64,000 bases of DNA from a virus (taxonomy: Duplodnaviria; Caudoviricetes): positions 167,847 to 231,846 of IMG/VR virus record IMGVR_UViG_3300028887_000070. One strand, written 5' to 3'. This document shows positions 47,650 to 56,884 of the stretch, piece after piece; within the stretch, counting starts at the first letter, position 1, and the number at the start of each line of letters is the position of its first letter. The position numbers and the translations under genes were made by a program. The notes beneath the pieces are model-generated. The model was not told the origin of the DNA. It made no database searches and saw only the letters and a program-made list of their open reading frames with translations.

Positions 47650-49176
47650 ATGAAGATTGAAGTACGACCCACTTGTGTAGTAATCAATGACTATACATGG
47701 GGAGATGCACCTAAGATAGAGAACAAGTTTCGTGTATGGAACAAAGCTACGAGATCAGTAACGTTTGAGCACATCATATATGACGAGCGTGCACGGAAAC
47801 TCTATCTCCCTAGAGGTATAAGTATAAGGACTTTAGAGAACACGTTTGACGTTAAGGCCTGTTACCAGACTACGTGTGACGGGTATCGTGGGAACCTTAC
47901 TCAGACTCTTTTGAAATATGGACCCAAGAATGACGTCCAAAAAGAGAGTATCAGATTTCTCTTAGGTATGGACGAGTATGCATATACTAAGAACGCATCT
48001 CAGATGATGCTTGCACTCAATACTGGTGCAGGTAAGACATATCTTGGTATAGCGTACATGGCATTCATGAACATCAAGGGAATAGTCATAGCTTCTTCTG
48101 TAGATTGGTTGAAACAGTGGAAGGAGAGAATCTTAGAGCATTGTAATATAGACAGCAAAGAAGTCTATGCGATCTCTGGTTCTCCGTCTATAGCCAGTCT
48201 GTACAAGAAGAAACAAGATACATTGGACAAAGTGAAAGTCTATCTAGTAACTCATTCTACTCTAGCGTCTTTAGCTAGTAGGCAAGGATGGGGAGCTGTT
48301 GGAGAGTTGTTTAGATATCTAGGTATTGGAGTTAAGATCTTTGATGAAGCACATCTTTACTTCGATGCCATGACGCATATAGACTTCTTCAGCAACACAT
48401 ATAAGACTATCTATATGACAGCCACCCCAGAACGAGGAGATGAGGGAGATAACAAGATCTTCCAACTCTACTTCAAGAACGTTCCTACAATCAAACTCTT
48501 TGATCCAGATAAGGATCCGAGAACTCACTACATCTCTATTCGTTACAACAGTAGGATGACACCACAAGACATCAGTAACTGTGGCAACTTCTACGGATTC
48601 AACAAGATGAACTATGCTGCTATGATAACTAAGTATCCCAACTTCCAGAAGATCTGTCATGTAGTGATGGATCTGATAGGTAAGATGTATGGAAGGATCC
48701 TTATCTTCATGGCAAGCAATGAAGCTATACAGGTAGTGTACGATTGGATACTTGAGAACTATCCAGAGTATACGTATAGTGTAGGTATCTATACATCTCT
48801 GAACAAGAATAAGAGAAGTGCACTGAATCATAAGATCATTCTGACTACATCCGTCTCTGCAGGAGAGGCATTGGATGTATCTGATGTAATCTGTTCAGTT
48901 CAGTTGGCTGAACCTATGAAGAGTAGACCAAAGTGCAGACAGAGACTTGGAAGAACCCGAATAAGGGGAAGTTACTTCATAGATGTCATAGATGACTCAG
49001 TACATACAATCAGGAAGTACTATGAGACTAATCTGGTGATGTATGAGGAGTTCGCTATGGATATCAAGACAATGAAGTTCAATGACAGACAACTCGATAA
49101 GGTATCTAATGCTATCTTAGAGGAGAGGGCTAAAGGCATCAATCCATTCATCATGGGATACAACAGCCTTGGGTAA
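47650..49176 (+). CDS. SF2 DEAH helicase (UvsW-like)
   Basis: TGAGKT, DEAH, TAT and QRLGRTR motifs; follows the beta'-like subunit as in phiKZ-like phages. Confidence 0.88.
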   Translation: MKIEVRPTCVVINDYTWGDAPKIENKFRVWNKATRSVTFEHIIYDERARKLYLPRGISIRTLENTFDVKACYQTTCDGYRGNLTQTLLKYGPKNDVQKESIRFLLGMDEYAYTKNASQMMLALNTGAGKTYLGIAYMAFMNIKGIVIASSVDWLKQWKERILEHCNIDSKEVYAISGSPSIASLYKKKQDTLDKVKVYLVTHSTLASLASRQGWGAVGELFRYLGIGVKIFDEAHLYFDAMTHIDFFSNTYKTIYMTATPERGDEGDNKIFQLYFKNVPTIKLFDPDKDPRTHYISIRYNSRMTPQDISNCGNFYGFNKMNYAAMITKYPNFQKICHVVMDLIGKMYGRILIFMASNEAIQVVYDWILENYPEYTYSVGIYTSLNKNKRSALNHKIILTTSVSAGEALDVSDVICSVQLAEPMKSRPKCRQRLGRTRIRGSYFIDVIDDSVHTIRKYYETNLVMYEEFAMDIKTMKFNDRQLDKVSNAILEERAKGINPFIMGYNSLG

Positions 49177-49215
49177 TCCCAAGGCTGATTTCCATTGTCT
49201 AAACGAAGAGATGGG

Positions 49216-49225
49216 TATATATTAT
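49216..49225 (+). promoter_or_regulatory. early-type promoter TATATATTAT
   Basis: Motif followed by a hairpin and an AGGAGG RBS. Confidence 0.6.
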
Positions 49226-49288
49226 ATAGGCGTACAGAGAGCAAGCTGATCAGCTCTCGAAACAATATAATCTAAAGGAGGATCAATC

Positions 49289-50101
49289 ATGATCTATTAC
49301 AATGTAAACGCAAACAAAATCGATAACACTAAAGTGATTCAGAGCATAGTGTTCAAAGTAACTAATGCTCTTGCAAACACTGGTATCCAGGGATATGACC
49401 TGGTATGTACAAACTTTGATGTGCCGACTATGACAATCTCATTTGAGATTACCCACATCGGTTATCCTGTTGAAATCTTATTCTACAATGGAACTGTATT
49501 CAAGCGTAGTAAGGACTTTACAGTGGACTACAAGAGTGTACTCGATCTTATCAAAGATCAGACTCTGACACCACAGCAGAAACAGGATGCTGTAGATAAG
49601 CAGATAGAGACAGTAAACGGAAGTATAGCAGGTATGCTGTATGACCAGATTAAGACGCATCATGTTCTGAAGAGCTTTGAAAAGCTCGTATATGACAAGT
49701 ATGTGGTATCAAGAAACTTCCCTTCACCTGAAGAGATGTGGGAAGAGTTCAAGGCATTCTATGAAGCTGTTAGCTCTATTCCTTCACCTATCCCATTCCC
49801 TTGTACCATAGCAGATTGGTGGGTGAAGCTTGAGGAGATAATCAAGAAGAATACTGCTTTCTGGAAATCCGCTACAACTGGAGATGCTTCATATTATGTA
49901 AAGTATGGATTGGAGAAGAGAGATTACTATGAGCCTACCTGCTTCAGCGTATATGAAGACATATATGATACATTCAGCGTAGGCGAAAACGAAAACAGTG
50001 ATATTGTCAGAGTTAGAGTAGATAATGTATCTCATATACTGTTAAACGAACTCAATGGCATTCCTGCAATCGTACAGAGTAGTATCCCGACAGCAGTTTA
50101 A
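49289..50101 (+). CDS. hypothetical protein
   Basis: AAGGAGG RBS; hairpin 50113-50137 after the stop. Confidence 0.8.
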   Translation: MIYYNVNANKIDNTKVIQSIVFKVTNALANTGIQGYDLVCTNFDVPTMTISFEITHIGYPVEILFYNGTVFKRSKDFTVDYKSVLDLIKDQTLTPQQKQDAVDKQIETVNGSIAGMLYDQIKTHHVLKSFEKLVYDKYVVSRNFPSPEEMWEEFKAFYEAVSSIPSPIPFPCTIADWWVKLEEIIKKNTAFWKSATTGDASYYVKYGLEKRDYYEPTCFSVYEDIYDTFSVGENENSDIVRVRVDNVSHILLNELNGIPAIVQSSIPTAV

Positions 50102-50112
50102 GATCAGTGAAG

Positions 50113-50137
50113 AGAAAGGTGGCCAGTCCACCTTTCT
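50113..50137 (+). terminator. intrinsic terminator
   Basis: AGAAAGGTGG-ccagt-CCACCTTTCT followed by a T-tract. Confidence 0.7.
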
Positions 50138-50157
50138 TTTTAGAAAGGAATGATACT

Positions 50158-50472
50158 ATGCAGATTGTTACGCCAATAATCAAAGAGTGCGACTATGTCG
50201 ACATCTACATAGATGGAGAGAAAGCTGTAAGTAGCAACTATCTTCTCTATCCAGCTATCTTCCGTACAATTATAGATGGAAGTACTATATGGCAGCACTA
50301 CATCGATAAGGTCAGTCTTGACCATATCATAAAAGCAGTAGCAGTAAAGGATAACACCGAAGAGGTGTTGTTCGAAAGAAACCTCTCATATGAAAATCTG
50401 CAATGGTTAGCAGAGAGGAGAGCAGAAGAAAAGCTGTTCCACAACACAAGGTATGGAATGGCATCAATGTAA
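50158..50472 (+). CDS. hypothetical protein
   Basis: GAAAGGA RBS before ATG 50158. Confidence 0.7.
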   Translation: MQIVTPIIKECDYVDIYIDGEKAVSSNYLLYPAIFRTIIDGSTIWQHYIDKVSLDHIIKAVAVKDNTEEVLFERNLSYENLQWLAERRAEEKLFHNTRYGMASM

Positions 50473-50484
50473 GGAGGAACTTAT

Positions 50485-51363
50485 ATGAAATCACTCATCA
50501 ACAAAGACAACCTTGGAACCACAAAGAACTGGAAGTTCTTAAGAGACGATCTGCTTAGCATCTTCGCAGCAGATGATTCAAAACTTCTTGGTAACTACAA
50601 TGAAAATGAGATTGAAGAAGTATTCGACGAACTGGCTAAAGAGTATCTTGATGGCTTCACAGTGTCTGGATTCTGTATCGATGCAGAAGACAACGTTACG
50701 GATGTGCTTGATATGATCACAGTACTCGCTGGAGCAAGTGCTTGGAACTGTCATCCTTTCGGATGGGATAGCGAATCCGAATATAGAGATGGTAAGCTTT
50801 ACAATGTTGAAGCATCACGTAAGGCTGGAAATGGTGTTGTTCCTACAATCTTCATGATTGATATCTCTAATGCTGGAGACAACTACAATAAAGATTTCCA
50901 GAGAACTCTTGATGAATACATGACTCTGTTTGGATATGGACACATGGATTGTGTATACGAACAGAGACTTATTTATATCAAGAAGATCGTATATGCGTTA
51001 AAGACAAAAGACACTGCTAGTGTAAGAGATAGTCTTAATAGCGATGTGTATGTAGTGAAGTTTGAACCATACAAGTTCAATCTTATTATGAACGATGTAA
51101 AACATGTAGACATTGCAGTTGGAGTTGTACTAAACATAGAGACTTGGGTATCTGCTATGGCAGGAATCAAAGAAGAGTTCGATATTTGTGCAACAGGTGA
51201 CGAAGAGTTCGACAATCGCATAAATGAAGACATCTTAGCATTGTCAGAGAGGTATAAGAGTTCTAAGGCAATGAAGTTTGATATAGAAACGACTAAAACT
51301 GATAATGGATATCATTATGCAGTAACATGTAACCTATTAAGCGCTAACGGAAACGGAGACTGA
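50485..51363 (+). CDS. hypothetical protein, distant paralog of 51366-52148
   Basis: Shared YLxGxTxSxF..DxVxDV and YMTxxGYGHxD blocks. Confidence 0.8.
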   Translation: MKSLINKDNLGTTKNWKFLRDDLLSIFAADDSKLLGNYNENEIEEVFDELAKEYLDGFTVSGFCIDAEDNVTDVLDMITVLAGASAWNCHPFGWDSESEYRDGKLYNVEASRKAGNGVVPTIFMIDISNAGDNYNKDFQRTLDEYMTLFGYGHMDCVYEQRLIYIKKIVYALKTKDTASVRDSLNSDVYVVKFEPYKFNLIMNDVKHVDIAVGVVLNIETWVSAMAGIKEEFDICATGDEEFDNRINEDILALSERYKSSKAMKFDIETTKTDNGYHYAVTCNLLSANGNGD

Positions 51364-51365
51364 TC

Positions 51366-52148
51366 ATGAAGTTTCTAATGAATAGAGTGCCATTCACTGA
51401 CAGGACAACTATTAAGGCATTCCCAGCTATAGTAGACTTCTTAGTTCACTCATTTGCTTCTCCAGAAGATGAGACTAAGAGTAAACTGTACACTGCAGAA
51501 TCACCGTGTAAGGAAGAGTACGACTTGGTAGACAAGTATCTTAGTGGTCTAACGTTGTCCACATTCACATTACATGAAGATGATACTGTATTAGACGTCA
51601 TAAACTATATGGGCTTGATTAGCCGTATGAACAATAGTCCTAATCTTGACGATGAGAAAGCTGTACTTGAATCACTCATACACGACATGCCTAGTGTTAT
51701 AGCCGTGTATGGAGTAGACAAATGTGATTACGTTAGAACTTACATCCACGAAGTTATAGATCCATACATGACTAATGTCGGTTATGGACATGTAGATCTA
51801 GCAGGATTCTGTTCTAATCCAGTAACTCTGTATATCAACAAGCTCATGTGGTTGAACATAACAAAGACTTGTAAGACAGACAGAGTTAAGTTTGATGACT
51901 ACTACTCAAAAGGCGCGGATGAGAGCACTATCACTTGTGAGCTATTGCTCCCTAGTCTGATAGAAAGTTATGCATCTACTCTGTGTTCTGATTGGGATGG
52001 GTTTAAGTTCGTCTTCGAGTACTCAGCAAGATATACTGTAGAAGAACTTGAGAAGATGATAGAGAAGTTCTGTATTGTCGTGTCTAAGGATGCTAAGATA
52101 AGTATAAACGGGTACGCGAACGTTACATTCACACTCAAACCAAGATGA
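51366..52148 (+). CDS. hypothetical protein, distant paralog of 50485-51363
   Basis: Same shared blocks as 50485-51363. Confidence 0.8.
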   Translation: MKFLMNRVPFTDRTTIKAFPAIVDFLVHSFASPEDETKSKLYTAESPCKEEYDLVDKYLSGLTLSTFTLHEDDTVLDVINYMGLISRMNNSPNLDDEKAVLESLIHDMPSVIAVYGVDKCDYVRTYIHEVIDPYMTNVGYGHVDLAGFCSNPVTLYINKLMWLNITKTCKTDRVKFDDYYSKGADESTITCELLLPSLIESYASTLCSDWDGFKFVFEYSARYTVEELEKMIEKFCIVVSKDAKISINGYANVTFTLKPR

Positions 52149-52150
52149 TT

Positions 52151-52177
52151 GAAAGGGAGTCCTAGCGACTCCCTTTC
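52151..52177 (+). terminator. intrinsic terminator
   Basis: GAAAGGGAGTC-ctagc-GACTCCCTTTC followed by a T-tract. Confidence 0.8.
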
Positions 52178-52219
52178 TTTTTACTCTAGGTCATACATCA
52201 TAATACAGGGGGTGTTAGA

Positions 52220-52930
52220 ATGACCAACAACAATCAGATGTATCGAATGGTCGATACTATCTTCGAGTCTGGTCCTCTCAAACTCAACTTCAATCTCAAT
52301 CTAAACTGGGTACTTCCAGAGACAGATATGTATGAAGAACGTATAGTTCACTATTGGGGAGAGTATAGAACTAAGACTAGACCAAGCAATGCTAATGTAC
52401 TTGTAAAGCGTAAAATAGACTACTTCATGTCTCTTGAGATCAAGAACTATAGAGCGAATATGGATGACTCCATATTCATTCCTAACGATAGACACTATAC
52501 ATTCGTGAACTCTCTTTCAAGAGCATCGAACATTCTGTTTGGTCAGAACCAGAACGTCTTCGTTATGGAGAATGACTATATAAAATTGAACAACACTCTT
52601 CCAGTCATTGTAGACAAGTATCCAAGGAACAAGATCTTTAAGATACTTCCTACTGTCATAAATCATACAGGTTACCAACAAGCTGGAGCGACATTGATGG
52701 TTGGTAATGTTGAATGTATGGCAGACATAACAGATCTAGAGTTTATATACTTAGCAAACATGATGAGTTCATTCAATGGTGCTATGTATGCAAACGCTAT
52801 GCTTGCGTCTATAGGACCACTAGACGGCGCTACATCAGCTCCAATGGACAGGATACAAGAGTTGAAGCAACCAAAGAACTCACCAAAGAAAGGTAGAACC
52901 TTTGCAGGTAACAAACAGAATATCATATAG
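52220..52930 (+). CDS. hypothetical protein (preceded by late-like TACA-N6-TAC at 52194-52206)
   Basis: ORF with AGGGGG RBS. Confidence 0.75.
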   Translation: MTNNNQMYRMVDTIFESGPLKLNFNLNLNWVLPETDMYEERIVHYWGEYRTKTRPSNANVLVKRKIDYFMSLEIKNYRANMDDSIFIPNDRHYTFVNSLSRASNILFGQNQNVFVMENDYIKLNNTLPVIVDKYPRNKIFKILPTVINHTGYQQAGATLMVGNVECMADITDLEFIYLANMMSSFNGAMYANAMLASIGPLDGATSAPMDRIQELKQPKNSPKKGRTFAGNKQNII

Positions 52931-52941
52931 GAGGTGATACC

Positions 52942-53427
52942 ATGTCAGACAATATACGAATGTACTCATATAAACAGAAAGAAGCATATGATGATTATTT
53001 GACTAAGAGAAGCGAGATCATAGGGATTGAGCAGGAGTCTGTAACTCTACTCAATCAGTACTTCGAGCTTCTAAGGATACCGATGAAGGTAACAATGTTC
53101 GCTATCAACAAGGATCTCGTTACTAATCAGATGCTAGATGTCAAAGCTGCTAAGTCTTTCTCTCCAATACTTGGAAGGGAAGTCAATGCAGACCTTACAG
53201 TGTGTTACGATATCAAGTTCGTTACTCCGATTAGAAAAGCTATAGAAGACATTCGTCACTATCTGAAGAATGATATCGATAAGTGTATCAAGGTGAAGAA
53301 GAGGAAAGACGGAAGAAGAATGTTCGTCCTGCATCTTAAGAACATTGACGACCAAGCTGTAGTCGACGACATCTTTGATTCTATCTACTATGCTATAGAC
53401 AATGACATGAAGAGAAGAAGAGGGTAG
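52942..53427 (+). CDS. hypothetical protein
   Basis: AGGAGGTG RBS. Confidence 0.75.
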   Translation: MSDNIRMYSYKQKEAYDDYLTKRSEIIGIEQESVTLLNQYFELLRIPMKVTMFAINKDLVTNQMLDVKAAKSFSPILGREVNADLTVCYDIKFVTPIRKAIEDIRHYLKNDIDKCIKVKKRKDGRRMFVLHLKNIDDQAVVDDIFDSIYYAIDNDMKRRRG

Positions 53428-53442
53428 GCAATGCCTACCCTC
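53420..53442. repeat. 23-bp palindrome, copy 2; probable bidirectional terminator
   Basis: Between convergent genes; reverse complement of 45349-45371. Confidence 0.75.
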
Positions 53443-53450
53443 CCTTATTT

Positions 53451-54659
53451 TTAGTAGCGATTCTCAACTATCTCTGGATACTGAACAGTGATTATGCTAC
53501 CACTGTAGTCGTATCTGTACTTAGTATTCGCAGCCATCTCTGCTCTAAGTGAGCAGTACTTATCATGCAGTGCGAACCAACGATCTCTCTCATACTCATC
53601 GAAGCGCTCCTTATTAAGAGCATCCTCGATAGCAGTGATTCTGAGATTGATTTGACGCATAAGATAGAGTGCATCCTCTTCTGTGGCGACGTGACGAGAT
53701 CTGAGTGTATACTCATAGATATCGCTCTCGAACTCTCTGAGCTTGTTGTTGGTAACCATCTTCCTGAGAATAGCGAACTTAGTGTCCTTCTTCTTAAGAG
53801 ATGCTCCCTCTTGTATGAGTATATAGTAGAAGTCACAATCCTTGAAGGGTTTAGCAGCTTCTCTAATAGCAGAAGTATCTATACTCTTCAGAGCATTAGT
53901 AACAATCTCGTATTCTTTTTTGTCAAGCTTAGATGAGGTGATTGAAGATGCCCGTCTGAGTAACTTGAGAGCAGGTATTCTTCTCAATTCCACGTTCTTA
54001 TACAGATTCAGTGTCCACGTTAAGGCAGCGAGCTTATTGACATCGTCGTTGATCTTCATACCGTTCTTACACAGCTTTCTGAAGATGCTGTTAAGCTCAT
54101 CCTGGAAACCACACATCATAACGAACTCATCTGCGAGAACTTCTCCATCTCTATAGATGAAGAACATACTGTTCATCTTTCTTACAGTGTTCTTGATTCC
54201 ATATGCAAGAATCTGATAGTACTGTACAGTATCAATGATAGAGAGAGTAGTGTTCTCTTTAGCAAGAGTTACATTGATAGCATCTCTTACTTGTTCAACA
54301 GGGTTAGGATCGTTGATGATATGACCTATTTCATGAAGCAGCATAGCGAGAAGCTCGCTAGCAGTGATATCAATGATAGGATTGAAGATCTTGGAGTCGA
54401 TCTCTATGACATAGTTCTGGAAACGATACTTACCGTCATCCTGAACAATCATCTTTACATCAAGCTTGCTGATTACTGGGTATACACACATACCAAAGAA
54501 CAGACCATCGTTTCTTGTGTAGATGATATCTGTACACTTAGAGTCTCTGAAGAACTTGTTGAGCTCTTTTCTGAGATTCTGATAAGCAGAAGCTCTTTCA
54601 GGATTAGCGATCACAAGATTACAAGCTTCATGGAGATCACTAAAGTCATACTTGATCAT
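53451..54659 (-). CDS. HEXXH zinc metallopeptidase, probably virion-associated
   Basis: LLHEIGH plus downstream EVLADEF; directly downstream of the capsid gene; IRE-A and IQE-G sites. Confidence 0.7.
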   Translation of the reverse strand: MIKYDFSDLHEACNLVIANPERASAYQNLRKELNKFFRDSKCTDIIYTRNDGLFFGMCVYPVISKLDVKMIVQDDGKYRFQNYVIEIDSKIFNPIIDITASELLAMLLHEIGHIINDPNPVEQVRDAINVTLAKENTTLSIIDTVQYYQILAYGIKNTVRKMNSMFFIYRDGEVLADEFVMMCGFQDELNSIFRKLCKNGMKINDDVNKLAALTWTLNLYKNVELRRIPALKLLRRASSITSSKLDKKEYEIVTNALKSIDTSAIREAAKPFKDCDFYYILIQEGASLKKKDTKFAILRKMVTNNKLREFESDIYEYTLRSRHVATEEDALYLMRQINLRITAIEDALNKERFDEYERDRWFALHDKYCSLRAEMAANTKYRYDYSGSIITVQYPEIVENRY

Positions 54660-54693
54660 TGTCTCTTACTCCTTTCTAAAGATTGTAAAAGAA

Positions 54694-54721
54694 GGGCCTG
54701 GCACCCTTAGGTACCAGGCTC
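54694..54721 (-). terminator. intrinsic terminator after the major capsid gene
   Basis: GGGCCTGG...CCAGGCTC hairpin with a T-tract on the minus strand. Confidence 0.7.
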
Positions 54722-54748
54722 TTTATTCTTTCGATCTTGGCCGTACAA

Positions 54749-56746
54749 TTAGCGAGCGTCGATATCGAAGTCATTCTTACCAACGCTAGCAACACCCTGA
54801 CCATCACCACGTCCAACAGGATCATTGTTGAATGCGTAGTTCTGACCATAGTTGCGGAGGCCAGTAGGATTGAGTATGCCGATACGTCCCTGTACAGGCT
54901 GATACTTCTCGAACTTCCAACGCTCGAATGCATGTACTGCAGGGAGTGTAGGATTACTGTAGTTTCTGATCTCGTTGCTCAGATACATCTGATAATCGTA
55001 GATTCTGTAGATGAAACGGTCTGTGTTTCTTGGGCAGAGAAGTACGATCAGGTTGTTTGTATCACGGAGCTTGTCAGAGCTGATGAACTGATATGTTCTT
55101 CTGTCTGATGTAACAACAGTCTTTACAAAGTCGAGCTCAACAGGGCCGATGTTTGTAGGTGTCTGATATGTGTACTCAGTAGGAGTAATCTTTCTGATGA
55201 GATCATCACGGCCGATTACGTTGATTGTCATGTTAGGATCGTTCAGAACATGGAGCAGCTGTGTTACATGAGTATCCATAGCGTCCATGAACATCTTGTA
55301 ACGCCACTCGAGAGGATCGAGAGCGTAGTTAGTTGTAGGAGCAAAGTCGAAGTAACGACCGATCTTCTGTGAGTTCGGAAGTTTAACGAAGTCTTCATCA
55401 AGTGCTCTACGAATAAGATCATCCTTGTAGTTGTTGAGGGATGTCTTTATAAGTGAGAGAACCTTTGTCAGCTGGTTGATCTGATACAGAGCAGAGATAT
55501 CCTTAACCTCTTCAGGAGAGATTGTAACGTTGATTGGAATAGCGTTAGGAATCTCGATGATATCTGTACGGATATCCCAAGATACTGAAGCAGTTCTGAG
55601 CTTAGCAGAAGATGTATCGATTCTTGAAGTAAGAATGACACCGCCTGCAGCAGCGTTTGAAGATGAAAGACCGAAGCGATCATCCTTAGAGAAGCCTGAG
55701 AGGAAGCCCTTTGTTCTTGCCTCAGCAGGAATGCTGTCTTCGCTTGTGCAGTTATCATACTGAACGCCGTTAGCTGTAAGCTTCCATGTGTCAGGAAGTG
55801 TACCTGTAGCAACTGCTGTAACCATAGGAACTGAGAAGCTCTCTACGATCTGTCTGTCATACTCGCCGTATGCAGGTGTGAACTTACCCTCGAACGGGAA
55901 GATAGCACCGACAACAGTTGTACCAACGAGAGGTGTAGAACCGCTAGGTGTAACACCAGCAGCGATAACCTCAGCAGCAGCTGTGTCGTTTGTATAGTCT
56001 TCGATCTGATATGTAGTAACACCGCCGCTTGTTGTGCTGGTTACGAGCTGGATGCTCTGGCCAGGGAATACAACACGGCTGCCAACGATACCGCTTACGA
56101 ATGACTCGATTGAAAGGTGATCCTCAGGATCTGTAGCGCCGAACAGTGTAGCAAGTACATCTGTTGTACCATCCTCAGGAAGAGCTATGTACATGCTCTT
56201 AAGAGGAGCTGCCTTGAGGATAGCATCAGTCATCTTCCACTGATCCTTCCACATATCGATCTTCTCACCTGTTACAGGATCGATGAGCCATCTGGTCTCC
56301 ATTGATACTGTGAACTTAGGTGAAGTAGCAACGAACTTCGGGATTGCACCCTTGTCGAAGATATTGTTCAGCATGATATTCTTGTGGATAGGGAATGTCA
56401 TACCGATTACGGGGTTGTGCTGACCAGGTGCTGAGTGCTCGAGGATAGCTTCTTTATCATTGATGTACATCTCCTCCATCATCTGAATCTGATCTTCCTG
56501 AGCCTCTGCGTCGTCGCGGAACATAGGATCATTTCTGTCGAAACAGTTTTCAACAAAGAAGTCCTTGATTGTGTTGTCTGTGATTGGATTCATGTGAACC
56601 TTCGTTGTATCTTCATACATCGAGAGATTGTTCTCATGAAGTAATGAGCTGGTTATGTCAAGGTATGCTTTCGCAAGTGGTGCTAAAGCGTCCTTAGAAT
56701 AGTTAGAACCAGCAGTTCTAACTTCTCTTGTACCTGAGATAGGCAT
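54749..56746 (-). CDS. major capsid protein precursor (665 aa)
   Basis: Strongest codon bias; own late-type promoter and terminator; N-terminal propeptide with LHE/FVE/ILE sites; size and synteny fit jumbo-phage capsid genes. Confidence 0.7.
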   Translation of the reverse strand: MPISGTREVRTAGSNYSKDALAPLAKAYLDITSSLLHENNLSMYEDTTKVHMNPITDNTIKDFFVENCFDRNDPMFRDDAEAQEDQIQMMEEMYINDKEAILEHSAPGQHNPVIGMTFPIHKNIMLNNIFDKGAIPKFVATSPKFTVSMETRWLIDPVTGEKIDMWKDQWKMTDAILKAAPLKSMYIALPEDGTTDVLATLFGATDPEDHLSIESFVSGIVGSRVVFPGQSIQLVTSTTSGGVTTYQIEDYTNDTAAAEVIAAGVTPSGSTPLVGTTVVGAIFPFEGKFTPAYGEYDRQIVESFSVPMVTAVATGTLPDTWKLTANGVQYDNCTSEDSIPAEARTKGFLSGFSKDDRFGLSSSNAAAGGVILTSRIDTSSAKLRTASVSWDIRTDIIEIPNAIPINVTISPEEVKDISALYQINQLTKVLSLIKTSLNNYKDDLIRRALDEDFVKLPNSQKIGRYFDFAPTTNYALDPLEWRYKMFMDAMDTHVTQLLHVLNDPNMTINVIGRDDLIRKITPTEYTYQTPTNIGPVELDFVKTVVTSDRRTYQFISSDKLRDTNNLIVLLCPRNTDRFIYRIYDYQMYLSNEIRNYSNPTLPAVHAFERWKFEKYQPVQGRIGILNPTGLRNYGQNYAFNNDPVGRGDGQGVASVGKNDFDIDAR

Positions 56747-56839
56747 AATTCATTTCCTCCTTTTTAGATTTATGATAGTAAGAGTTTACCTTGGAAAACT
56801 AATAGCCACACTGAACCGCCATACGGATAGGGGCTATAT

Positions 56840-56852
56840 TTAATATATTGTT
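56840..56852 (-). promoter_or_regulatory. late-type promoter AACA-N6-TAA
   Basis: AACAatatatTAA upstream of the capsid gene. Confidence 0.65.
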
Positions 56853-56884
56853 GTATCCGATCGTACGATTCGGGCAACTTTGTC

